Positions 8,826-17,154 of a stretch of DNA of 36,714 bases are shown piece by piece. The stretch is from a virus (taxonomy: Duplodnaviria > Heunggongvirae > Uroviricota > Caudoviricetes), in IMG/VR virus record IMGVR_UViG_2547132418_000017; one strand, given 5' to 3'. The translations under genes and the position numbers were made by a program. The notes under the pieces were generated by a model that ran no database searches, was not told where the DNA came from, and saw only the letters and a program-made list of their open reading frames with translations. Every line of letters begins with the position of its first letter. The first letter of the stretch is position 1.

Positions 8826-9192
8826 AGCCGGTCAGGCGTATCTGGGGTGGGATGATGCCCTTTATCGCCAGACGCTGGCCCGCCTGACCGGTAAAACCAG
8901 CACCACACGCTGCAATCTCGATGAACTGCGCATCATCCGGGAATACATGCACGAACAGGGATTCCCGCGCAAGGCACCCGCTGGTAAAGGTCGCCGCCCT
9001 CGTGTTGCAATGAGCAGAAAATCAGTATTATCCAAAATTGAAGCGTTGCTGGCTGATGCCGGTCGTTCCTGGGCGTATGTAGAAGGACTGGCATCTCACA
9101 TGTATAAGCAACATGTGATCGAATGGCTGACGGATGAACAGCTTTTTGGAGTGATGGTGGCGCTGGTTAAAGATTCAAGGAGACGTAAATGA
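8797..9192 (+). CDS. gemA: GemA-like protein (Mu gp16 family), 131 aa
   Basis: ATG 8797 with SD GAGG upstream; sequence recalled as resembling the Mu gp16/GemA (DUF1018) family; position just before the Mor-like gene as in Mu. Confidence 0.55.
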   Translation: MLKKMIGAIKAGQAYLGWDDALYRQTLARLTGKTSTTRCNLDELRIIREYMHEQGFPRKAPAGKGRRPRVAMSRKSVLSKIEALLADAGRSWAYVEGLASHMYKQHVIEWLTDEQLFGVMVALVKDSRRRK

Positions 9193-9527
9193 AAAAACTG
9201 TTATTACTTATTCTGACTTTATGTTTTACAGGGATATCCCATGCTTCTGATTCAGAGGAAGATTTGATCAAAAAAACATTACAGGGCGATTATCAGGCAC
9301 AACGTAATCTGGCTTATTCATACATGAATGGCTGGGATGATATTTCAAAGGATACCATCAGAGGATGCGCTCTCAGGAAGGTTATTCTCTTAACACAAGC
9401 CCAAGCTGACATTGGCGATTATGGAAATGAAGCCATAGATTGTCGAAAAGTGCATCCAACAGATAACCAGAAAGTATGGGAGTATGTCAGAGGATACCTG
9501 GTGTTGATAAACGAGAATAAAAAATAA
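9189..9527 (+). CDS. Secreted or lipoprotein-like small protein, 112 aa (moron candidate)
   Basis: N-terminal signal-peptide-like MKKLLLLILTLCFTGISHA; strongly AT-rich relative to neighbours; followed by an intrinsic terminator. Confidence 0.6.
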   Translation: MKKLLLLILTLCFTGISHASDSEEDLIKKTLQGDYQAQRNLAYSYMNGWDDISKDTIRGCALRKVILLTQAQADIGDYGNEAIDCRKVHPTDNQKVWEYVRGYLVLINENKK

Positions 9528-9537
9528 TATGAATAAC

Positions 9538-9564
9538 AACCTTCGCAAACGCGGAGGTTTTTTA
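9538..9564 (+). terminator. Rho-independent terminator
   Basis: Stem CCTTCGC/GCGGAGG (one G-U pair), loop AAAC, then TTTTTTA. Confidence 0.6.
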
Positions 9565-9591
9565 TGGTCTGTACAGGCGATCATGTATGGC

Positions 9592-9597
9592 TATAAT
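9592..9597 (+). promoter_or_regulatory. Perfect -10 hexamer TATAAT with no recognisable -35 (candidate activator-dependent promoter)
   Basis: TATAAT 30 bp upstream of the Mor-like ATG; sequence 17-18 bp upstream (CTGTAC) is a poor -35. Confidence 0.4.
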
Positions 9598-9626
9598 AAC
9601 AGTAAGTTACTAACGGAGACGCCATC

Positions 9627-10094
9627 ATGCAGACCTTCAGTGAAACAGATCTTCGCGATGCACAGGCACTGCTACCCGATTCCGTACAGCAACTGATTAG
9701 CGTGATTGGCTTCCCCGCCCTGACCCGGTTGATTTGTTCTTTTGGTGGTGTGACGTTAAGTGGTAAAACCGGCGCACACGCCGAACGCACCGGCGGTGTC
9801 CATGCCCTGTTACATGACGTGCTGACCGAAGACGAAATCAACAAACTGATCCGCTTTCTTGGCGGTGCACCGTTTTACATTCCCCGTTGCGATCATGCGT
9901 TACGTGCCCTGCGTAACACCCGTTTTATGGCTGATTTACAGCAGCATGTAAAAGGCGGATGCTCACACCGGCAGGCGCTGGCACTGCTCTGTCCCCGTTA
10001 CGGCATTTCAGACCGGTACGCATGGCAGCTGATACACCGACGACAAAAACAGACTTCGCTGAAAAGCCCCACCCAGGTGGGGCTTTTTGATTAA
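9627..10094 (+). CDS. mor: Mor/C-family transcriptional activator, 155 aa
   Basis: FYIPRCDHALRALRNTRF and C-terminal HTH-like RYGISDRYAWQLI resemble Mu Mor/C; located before the lysis and late genes. Confidence 0.75.
   Translation: MQTFSETDLRDAQALLPDSVQQLISVIGFPALTRLICSFGGVTLSGKTGAHAERTGGVHALLHDVLTEDEINKLIRFLGGAPFYIPRCDHALRALRNTRFMADLQQHVKGGCSHRQALALLCPRYGISDRYAWQLIHRRQKQTSLKSPTQVGLFD
10065..10089 (+). terminator. Rho-independent terminator overlapping the 3' end of the Mor-like gene
   Basis: AGCCCCACC / GGTGGGGCT stem followed by TTTTT; lies within the last codons of the ORF. Confidence 0.65.
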
Positions 10095-10121
10095 TGGGCC
10101 TCAGAAAAAAGGAGACACGAA

Positions 10122-10409
10122 ATGATGCGTTCTGACACCGATATCGACTATGCAGTACTCGGTGAATATACCGCATTTTCAGACAAGGCCCGGGATGCAG
10201 CCCGTCGCCGACATGCTGAAATGTGTAATTTATCCAGTTACCTGGCGAAACAGGCCCAAAGCCCGGAATCAGTAACGAATCATGATGAAGTGCTGTCAGC
10301 CGTAAACAGAATGATTGACGCAGAACGGGAAATGCGTAATGCCGTGGAAAGAGCTAACCTGCTGGCGCGGGCATGTTATAAGCCACCATTAAAACTCGCT
10401 TCTCTTTAA
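10122..10409 (+). CDS. Hypothetical protein, 95 aa
   Basis: Strong SD AAGGAG 7 nt upstream of ATG; no recognisable family. Confidence 0.5.
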   Translation: MMRSDTDIDYAVLGEYTAFSDKARDAARRRHAEMCNLSSYLAKQAQSPESVTNHDEVLSAVNRMIDAEREMRNAVERANLLARACYKPPLKLASL

Positions 10410-10596
10410 CCCATCCAGATAATCAACCTGCCGGGGGTGCTGAACTCCCCCAGCAGTACCCACCACACCAGACCGTTTACCCTGTCCACTCAGACCACAA
10501 GGCACCTTAAGGGATAGCGCCCTGCAAAAGGCTTTTGTGCCTTTGACAGGGTGTTATTTACGGGCCGTCAGTGGCTCAGATTTACAGGAGAAACTC

Positions 10597-10989
10597 ATGT
10601 CTGAACCCTTATCAGGCGGCGGAGCTGTGGCAGTCACCATCGGTGGTGCCAGTGTGTTTGGCCTTCTCACCAATACTGATTTCGGGGTCGTGGTGGGCGC
10701 GTTTGCTGGGGCGCTTTTTGTTGTCACGCAGCAGAAAGAAATCCCGGCATGGCGAATGGCTATTCACCTGCTCGTCGCGTTTGTGGTTGGCGTTCTGGGG
10801 GCTGGCGTGGCTGCGTCACTGATGCAGTGGCTGACCCACTATAACGACAAACCGCTTGATGCATTGTGTGCGGTCGGTGTCTCGGCGTTATCCATCAAGA
10901 TACTGACCTTTCTTTATCAACAGGAAATTTCATCGCTGTTCGGCCTGTTTTCCAGACTGCGCGGCGGAGGGGGTGGAAATGGAAAGTAG
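10597..10989 (+). CDS. Putative holin-like membrane protein, 130 aa
   Basis: ATG 10597 with SD CAGGAG; several hydrophobic helices, Gly-rich C-terminus; first gene of the lysis cassette. Confidence 0.5.
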   Translation: MSEPLSGGGAVAVTIGGASVFGLLTNTDFGVVVGAFAGALFVVTQQKEIPAWRMAIHLLVAFVVGVLGAGVAASLMQWLTHYNDKPLDALCAVGVSALSIKILTFLYQQEISSLFGLFSRLRGGGGGNGK

Positions 10990-11275
10990 CCTTGCCGGTA
11001 TCGTGAACGTCTGGCTGTGTCTCGCCATTGTGCTGGGGTTGTTTGTATATCGCCGACACGGTGCGGCGCATAAACCGATGATTACCTGGCTGGCGTACTG
11101 GCTGATGCTCGGCTACATCATCATCCCGTTCCGCTGGCTGTCCGGTACATACACGCACTCCAGCTGGCTGGTTGTGGCGCTGAATCTGGTTTTCTGTGCG
11201 CTTATCGTGTGGGCGCACGGGAATTTGTCAAAAATCCTTTCGTTACTGAGGCATCCACATGAAATCAAAAGATGA
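10979..11275 (+). CDS. Second small membrane protein (holin/antiholin candidate), 98 aa
   Basis: ATG 10979 overlapping the previous stop, SD GGAGGGGG; two to three predicted hydrophobic segments. Confidence 0.45.
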   Translation: MESSLAGIVNVWLCLAIVLGLFVYRRHGAAHKPMITWLAYWLMLGYIIIPFRWLSGTYTHSSWLVVALNLVFCALIVWAHGNLSKILSLLRHPHEIKR

Positions 11276-11804
11276 CATTTTTGATGAAGTCCTGGGCAAA
11301 GAAGGCGGTTACGTCAATCACCCGGACGATAAGGGCGGTCCGACCAAATGGGGCATTACGGAAAAAGTTGCCCGCGCCCACGGATACCGTGGCGATATGC
11401 GCAATTTAACCCGCGAACAGGCGCTGGACATCCTTGAAGCTGATTACTGGTATGGCCCGCGATTTGACCAGGTTGCGGCATTATCCCCTGATATTGCCGC
11501 AGAGCTGTGTGATACCGGTGTGAATATGGGGCCATCTGTGGCGTCAAGAATGCTTCAGCGCTGGCTGAATGTGTTCAATCTGCGCGGCAGGATGTATCCC
11601 GATATGGATGCAGACGGACGCATCGGGCCTCGCACCATCAGTGCATTGCGCGCCTTCCTGAATAATCGCGGTCAGGACGGTGAACGGGTGATGCTGACGG
11701 CCCTGAACTGCACGCAGGGGGACTGCTATCTGGAACTGGCAGAGAAACGCGAGGCTAACGAATCGTTTGTTTATGGCTGGCTGAAGGAGCGCGTGGCGGT
11801 ATGA
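11259..11804 (+). CDS. Endolysin, GH108-type lysozyme with peptidoglycan-binding region, 181 aa
   Basis: N-terminal GGYVNHPDDKGGPTKWGIT matches the GH108 signature as I recall it. Confidence 0.8.
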   Translation: MKSKDDIFDEVLGKEGGYVNHPDDKGGPTKWGITEKVARAHGYRGDMRNLTREQALDILEADYWYGPRFDQVAALSPDIAAELCDTGVNMGPSVASRMLQRWLNVFNLRGRMYPDMDADGRIGPRTISALRAFLNNRGQDGERVMLTALNCTQGDCYLELAEKREANESFVYGWLKERVAV

Positions 11805-11983
11805 CGCGTCAGTACTGGACCCACAGAACGCCACGTAAAGCCGCGCGCTGTGTTCTGGCCCTGTTTCTGGTGATGTTGCTTCCGGTGGGATGCACAGACA
11901 TTAACAGAGCGGGCCAGCTGTTTGACGCGGCGGCGCAGGTCTGCCGGATTATTGACGGTATCCGGCAGTGTTCGCAGAACTGA
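11801..11983 (+). CDS. Small lipoprotein-like protein (possible outer-membrane spanin), 60 aa
   Basis: ATGA overlap with endolysin stop; hydrophobic N-terminus ending LLPVGC (imperfect lipobox); no partner inner-membrane spanin identified. Confidence 0.35.
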   Translation: MTRQYWTHRTPRKAARCVLALFLVMLLPVGCTDINRAGQLFDAAAQVCRIIDGIRQCSQN

Positions 11984-12002
11984 TTTTTTGAGGTCTGACA
12001 TA

Positions 12003-12209
12003 GTGAGCATTATCAGATTTACAGAATACAGAGGTTCAGGAGGTGCTGGCGCTGTCATGGTGCTCGCTGAACGCATCACCCATTTTTACCGTCAGTACGG
12101 TACACATGATGGCACGGTCATTGAACTGGATACCGGGAAAAACGTGTATGTTCTTGAAAATCCCGACGAAGTTAAATGTCTGATTGAACAGGATCAGAAG
12201 GACACTTAA
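12003..12209 (+). CDS. Hypothetical small protein (start uncertain: GTG 12003 or ATG 12055)
   Basis: ORF between the lysis genes and small terminase; SD-like GAGG before the GTG. Confidence 0.3.
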   Translation: MSIIRFTEYRGSGGAGAVMVLAERITHFYRQYGTHDGTVIELDTGKNVYVLENPDEVKCLIEQDQKDT

Positions 12210-12709
12210 TGGCGTGGTCACAGGATATCAGGGACAAAGTCCGTAACGGGTACATCTTTGACCAGCTTCCGCTGGATATCGTCGCCATGAAGTACGCCGT
12301 GCCGCACGACACCGCGCGGCGCTGGAAAACGCAGGCAATGAAGAACGGCGACGACTGGGACAAGCTGCGGGCCGCGCACGCGCTCGCCGGTGACGGGCTG
12401 GAAAGTGTCGCCCGCACCGTGCTTATCAGTCTGGTGGTGAAGTGTCAGACGACGCTTGAGCGGCTGAACCAGACCCCGGACATCCCGCCGCAGGAGTCCG
12501 TCGAACTGCTGGCGAGTCTGTCTGACAGTCTCAGTAAGGCGGTGGCCAGCAGCAAAAAAATCCTGCCGGAAACCGACCGGCTCGCCACGGCACTGGAAGT
12601 GGTGCAGCGGCTCGGCGCGTTCATCAAGGAGCGTCACCCGGCACAGTATGCCCCGTTTCTTGAGGTGCTCGAAGGCTTCGCTAAAGAGCTTGAGGATAAT
12701 TTCAGTTAA
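12209..12709 (+). CDS. Terminase small subunit (Mu gp27-like), 166 aa
   Basis: Position immediately upstream of large terminase; resembles the Mu-like small terminase (DUF1804) family as recalled. Confidence 0.6.
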   Translation: MAWSQDIRDKVRNGYIFDQLPLDIVAMKYAVPHDTARRWKTQAMKNGDDWDKLRAAHALAGDGLESVARTVLISLVVKCQTTLERLNQTPDIPPQESVELLASLSDSLSKAVASSKKILPETDRLATALEVVQRLGAFIKERHPAQYAPFLEVLEGFAKELEDNFS

Positions 12710-12716
12710 CCACAGC

Positions 12717-12734
12717 GGCCCGGTTTTCCGGGCC
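12717..12734 (+). other. Perfect hairpin GGCCCGG-TTTT-CCGGGCC between the two terminase genes
   Basis: 7-bp perfect stem and 4-nt loop, 8 nt after the small terminase stop; followed by a weakly T-rich tract. Confidence 0.5.
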
Positions 12735-12743
12735 GTCTGATAT

Positions 12744-14402
12744 TTGTATACCAGGTGTGACGTGGCAAAACGTAAACTTTCCATTAAAGAGTTTCAGAGA
12801 AGCTTACAGGAATATATCGCCAACCTCCGCCAGACCATTGAGGCTGAATGTCTGGGGTTCGATGTTAACCCGCAGGCCACACAGGCCCGCCGGGCGGCAG
12901 TCTGCGACCCGGTGACGGGCTACGATTATTTTGTCGAAAACTATTTCCCGCACTACGTCCGCAACCCGGCAAAAAGTGAGCTGCATAAATACCTGTTCAG
13001 CCGTCTGCCACAGGTTGTGGCAAGCCCTGACCCGGAGAACGACGCCATCGCCGCGCCCCGTGGTGAAGCAAAATCCACGCTGGTGACGCAGCTGTTTACC
13101 CTGTGGACCATTATCCGGGCCATTAAACATTACCCGGTCATCATTATGGACAGTATCGACCAGGCTTATCCGATGCTGGAAGCCATCAAGGCTGAACTGG
13201 AATTTAACCCCCGTTTAAAAAACGATTTCCCGGAAGTGTGCGGTCAGGGGCGCGTCTGGCGTATGGGGACCATTGTCACGGCTAACAATATCAAGGTGAC
13301 CGTTGCCGGTAGTGGTAAAAAGCTGCGTGGTCTGCGCCACGGTCCGTACCGTCCTGACCTGGTCATCCTCGACGACATCGAGAACGACGAGATGGTGCGT
13401 AACCCGGAGCAGCGCGACAAGCTGCATGACTGGCTCACTAAAGCCGTGATGCCGCTGGGTGAGGCTGGCGGTAAAACCGATATTATTTATATCGGGACCA
13501 TCCTGCATTACGACTCCGTACTGTCGCGCACGCTGAATAACCCGATGTGGAAAACGGCCCGCTTTAAGGCAGTTATTCAGTGGCCTGCCAATATGAAGCT
13601 GTGGGACGAGTGGGAAGAACTCATCCGCAACAAACAGCCGGAAGCAGCAGAGGCACTTTACCGACAGAACGAAGCTGACATGCTCGCCGGGTCGGTGGTG
13701 TCATGGGCGGCGCGTCCCCTGCTGGCACTGATGAAAATCCGTGTCCGTGACGGTCATGACACCTTTGATTCTGAATACCAGAACGACCCGGTCAGCGGTG
13801 AAGATGCGCTGTTTGCGGGCTGCATTAAGTTCTGGGTTAACCGTCTTGATGAATGGGTGTTTTATGGTGCGGTTGACCCCAGTCTCGGGAAGAAAAACAA
13901 AAACCGTGACCCGTCGGCCATTCTCGTGGGGGGCTTTAACCGCTTTACCGGCATTCTGGATGTGGTTGAAGCCGATATCCGCCGACGACTGCCAAACAAA
14001 CTTATCGAGGACGTGATTAAGTATCAGCGGGAATATCACTGCCTGTGCTGGTCGTTTGAGTCCGTTCAGTTTCAGGAGTTTCTGCGTACCGTGCTGGTTG
14101 AGCGTTCGGCGGCGCTGGGCGTTCCGGTTCCGGCGCTGCCGGTCATCCCGCTGGAGGATAAGGCGCTGCGTATCGAATCCCTTCAGCCGCATATGGCCAA
14201 CGGCCTGATTCGTATCAGTCACACACATCAGACACTGATTGACCAGCTGCGCCACTACCCCAAAGCCGACCACGATGATGGCCCGGACTGTCTGCACATG
14301 CTGTGGACGCTGGCGGTATCGCGTAGCGCAAAATTTCAGATACACACCCCACGCAGCACCGGGCGTGACCGTGGCGGGCGTTTTGGTTCAGGAGGATGGT
14401 AA
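12744..14402 (+). CDS. Terminase large subunit (Mu gp28-like)
   Basis: Large ORF with ATPase-like PRGEAKST segment and C-terminal nuclease-like region; start is non-ATG (TTG 12744 or GTG 12762). Confidence 0.8.
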   Translation: MYTRCDVAKRKLSIKEFQRSLQEYIANLRQTIEAECLGFDVNPQATQARRAAVCDPVTGYDYFVENYFPHYVRNPAKSELHKYLFSRLPQVVASPDPENDAIAAPRGEAKSTLVTQLFTLWTIIRAIKHYPVIIMDSIDQAYPMLEAIKAELEFNPRLKNDFPEVCGQGRVWRMGTIVTANNIKVTVAGSGKKLRGLRHGPYRPDLVILDDIENDEMVRNPEQRDKLHDWLTKAVMPLGEAGGKTDIIYIGTILHYDSVLSRTLNNPMWKTARFKAVIQWPANMKLWDEWEELIRNKQPEAAEALYRQNEADMLAGSVVSWAARPLLALMKIRVRDGHDTFDSEYQNDPVSGEDALFAGCIKFWVNRLDEWVFYGAVDPSLGKKNKNRDPSAILVGGFNRFTGILDVVEADIRRRLPNKLIEDVIKYQREYHCLCWSFESVQFQEFLRTVLVERSAALGVPVPALPVIPLEDKALRIESLQPHMANGLIRISHTHQTLIDQLRHYPKADHDDGPDCLHMLWTLAVSRSAKFQIHTPRSTGRDRGGRFGSGGW

Positions 14403-14405
14403 TTA

Positions 14406-16001
14406 ATGGCACAGCTTGTTGATATTTGCGGACGCCCGCTGAAACGTGAGGCACTCAAAACCACGCAGTCGGTCAGAGTGGCGGAACGGCTGCGCATTTA
14501 TCCAGACCACCCGTCGCGTGGTCTGAACATCAGAAAACTGCCGCGCATTCTGGAAGCTGCCGAACGCGGTTATCTTCCGGCGCAGGCGATGCTGTTTGCG
14601 GATATGGAAGAGCGTGATGGTCATCTGTTCGCCGAGATGGAAAAGCGCAAAAAAGCGTTGCTGACGCTGGACTGGTCGGTGGAGCCGCCCCGCAATGCCT
14701 CGAAGGCAGAAAAGGAGCTGACTGCCGCCGTGGATGAGTGGCTGCACGGCATCCCGGACATGGAGGACATCATCCTCAACGGGATGACCAGTGTCGGTTA
14801 TGGCTTCAGTTGTCAGGAAATCAGCTGGGCGTTCGTGGATAAAACGTGGTTACCGGATGCGGTGACGCTGCGCCCGCATAACTGGTTTATTACCCTGCCG
14901 GAACACAATGACGAACTCCGGCTGGATGACGGCAACCGTGGGGAAGATGGTAAGGACGGCTCTGCACTGTGGCCGTTCGGCTGGCTGGTTCATCGTTACA
15001 ACGCCAGGTCGGGATTTCTGGGTTCATCCGGCCTGTTCCGCGTACTGGTCTGGCCGTATCTGTTTAAAAACTTCGCGCTGCGTGATATGGCGGAGTTTCT
15101 GGAGATTTACGGCCTTCCGGCGCGCATTGCGTACTATGCACAGGGCACCAGTGACGAGGACCGGGACAACATTCTTGAGGCGCTGGTCAATCTGGGTCAT
15201 GAAGCGGTGGCAGCCCTGCCGCAGGGTAACGAAATTGAGTTCAAGGAGGCCGCGTCCGGCGGACCGGAGGCGTTCATGTCGATGGTGGAATGGGCAGAGC
15301 GCACCACCTCAAAAGTGATTCTGGGCAGTACGCTGACCAGCCAGGCCGACGGTAAAACCTCCACCAACGCACTGGGTAATGTCCATAACGAGGTCAGGCA
15401 CGACATTCTGGCCGCCGATGCGCGCCAGCTGTCCGGCATGTTCAGCAGCCTGATACAGATGATGTCCAGCCTCAACGGCTGGCAGGATATCCCGCCACGC
15501 CGTCTGCCGCGACTGGTGTTTGATGTGCAGCAGGAAGCCGACATTAAGGGCGTGGCGGAAGCCGTCAGCGTGCTGGTCAACAATGTGGGAATGAAGGATA
15601 TCCCGGTGTCGTGGGTACGCAAAAAAACCGGTATCCCCACCCCGAAAGACGGCGAAGAGGTACTGGTGCCGGTGGCACAGCGTCTCCCTGTGCAGGCGGG
15701 CCTCAGCCAGTTGCGTGAGCGGCTGAATGTCGTCGCACTCAGTCAGCAGGACAACGGGGAGGACGACCCGGCACAACGCGCCATCGACCGGGCAGAACTT
15801 CCGGCAGAGGCCATCGCGCAGGGGATGAACGAACTGGTGGCCCCGCTGGTGCAGGCCATACAGGAAGGCCGGGATGCAGACGAGGCTATGAACGTACTGG
15901 CGGAAGCATGGCCGGAACTGCCGGATGAAACGCTGCGGCAGTTGCTGACACAGGCATTCTTTGTGGCGGATATCTGGGGGCGACTGAATGCCGAAAGCTG
16001 A
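14406..16001 (+). CDS. Portal protein (Mu gp29-like), 531 aa
   Basis: Size and position after large terminase; resembles the Mu-like portal family (DUF935) as recalled. Confidence 0.8.
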   Translation: MAQLVDICGRPLKREALKTTQSVRVAERLRIYPDHPSRGLNIRKLPRILEAAERGYLPAQAMLFADMEERDGHLFAEMEKRKKALLTLDWSVEPPRNASKAEKELTAAVDEWLHGIPDMEDIILNGMTSVGYGFSCQEISWAFVDKTWLPDAVTLRPHNWFITLPEHNDELRLDDGNRGEDGKDGSALWPFGWLVHRYNARSGFLGSSGLFRVLVWPYLFKNFALRDMAEFLEIYGLPARIAYYAQGTSDEDRDNILEALVNLGHEAVAALPQGNEIEFKEAASGGPEAFMSMVEWAERTTSKVILGSTLTSQADGKTSTNALGNVHNEVRHDILAADARQLSGMFSSLIQMMSSLNGWQDIPPRRLPRLVFDVQQEADIKGVAEAVSVLVNNVGMKDIPVSWVRKKTGIPTPKDGEEVLVPVAQRLPVQAGLSQLRERLNVVALSQQDNGEDDPAQRAIDRAELPAEAIAQGMNELVAPLVQAIQEGRDADEAMNVLAEAWPELPDETLRQLLTQAFFVADIWGRLNAES

Positions 16002-17154
16002 CGATGTTGACCTGGGGTATGCGTACACCCTGAAACCGGAAGAAGCGATTAAGTATTTCGAAAGCAAGGGATACGTTATCGGCTTCCGCTGGCACGATGT
16101 GAAGGACATCGCCAGTGCCCGGGCGTTCACGGTGGCGGGCGTGCTGAAACTGGATGTGCTGAAGGATATCCGTGATGGACTGACGGCGGCACTGGCTGAC
16201 GGCGGGACGTTCCGGGAGTTTGCTGCACAACTGGAACCACTGCTGGAATCAAAAGGCTGGCTGGGTAAAAAACTGATTGTGGACGAGGACACCGGCGAAC
16301 TGCATGGCAGGCAGCTGACGCCGCGCCGGTTGCGTACGCTATTCGATACCAATATTCAGTCGTCATATAACGCCGGGCGTTATCAGCAACAGATGGCGAA
16401 CGTGGCTGACCGGCCTTATTTTGAGCGCGTGGCGGTGATGGACCTTCACACGCGCCCGAAACACGCCGCCCTGAACGGTTTTACCGCCCGGGCGGATGAC
16501 CCTGTCTGGGAGTATTTCTACGCGCCGGACGGATACGGATGCCGCTGCCGTATCCGTGCGCGTTCGGCGTCTGATGTGGAGAAATACGGCCTGACGGTGC
16601 AGAGCAGCGAGGGGCGACTGGTTGAGGTTGAACAGGAATATGGCCAGCCGGGCCAGACCATCAGAACGATGGGTCTGAAGATGCCGGATGGCTCCGTGTA
16701 TACCGCCGACCCGGGCTTCGGATTTAATCCCGGTCGGGTGGCATGGCAGCCGGAACTGGAAAAATATGATTACCGTAGCGCCCGCCAGTATGTCACCGGC
16801 ACCCTGACCGGGCCGGATTTTGCCCGGGGACTGGCGAACGTCAGCAAACTGGATGCGCGCCAGCGATATCCGCTGGCCATCCGTTCACCGGAACAGGTCG
16901 CTGCCACGGGCGCTGCACGGCAGACGGTAAACCTGACGGCTGACGTCATGAAGCGCCTCAGTGCAACAGACACGCCCCCGACCGCCGCCGACTATGTGCT
17001 GATGCAGCAGACCATCGAACGGGCGGAGCATGTCACGCAGGACGGCAACGCGTGGCGGTATGCGTTACAGTCAGGCGACCGCTGGTCGGTGGTGACGGTT
17101 GAGGATGACGTGCTGACAGACTGGGTTATGCAGGACACACCGGAGGCATCATGA
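15988..17154 (+). CDS. Head morphogenesis protein (Mu F / gp30-like), 388 aa
   Basis: Position after portal with overlapping start; similar to Mu F family as recalled. Confidence 0.75.
   Translation: MPKADDVDLGYAYTLKPEEAIKYFESKGYVIGFRWHDVKDIASARAFTVAGVLKLDVLKDIRDGLTAALADGGTFREFAAQLEPLLESKGWLGKKLIVDEDTGELHGRQLTPRRLRTLFDTNIQSSYNAGRYQQQMANVADRPYFERVAVMDLHTRPKHAALNGFTARADDPVWEYFYAPDGYGCRCRIRARSASDVEKYGLTVQSSEGRLVEVEQEYGQPGQTIRTMGLKMPDGSVYTADPGFGFNPGRVAWQPELEKYDYRSARQYVTGTLTGPDFARGLANVSKLDARQRYPLAIRSPEQVAATGAARQTVNLTADVMKRLSATDTPPTAADYVLMQQTIERAEHVTQDGNAWRYALQSGDRWSVVTVEDDVLTDWVMQDTPEAS

Noticed and set aside
12218-12784. 188-aa minus-strand ORF overlapping the small terminase gene
   Set aside because: The + strand gene fits operon polarity and the expected small-terminase position; the antisense ORF has no supporting context.
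15309-16352. 347-aa ORF on the minus strand
   Set aside because: Lies entirely antisense to the portal and F-like genes in a GC-rich region; it has no upstream space for its own expression signals and is most likely a shadow ORF.
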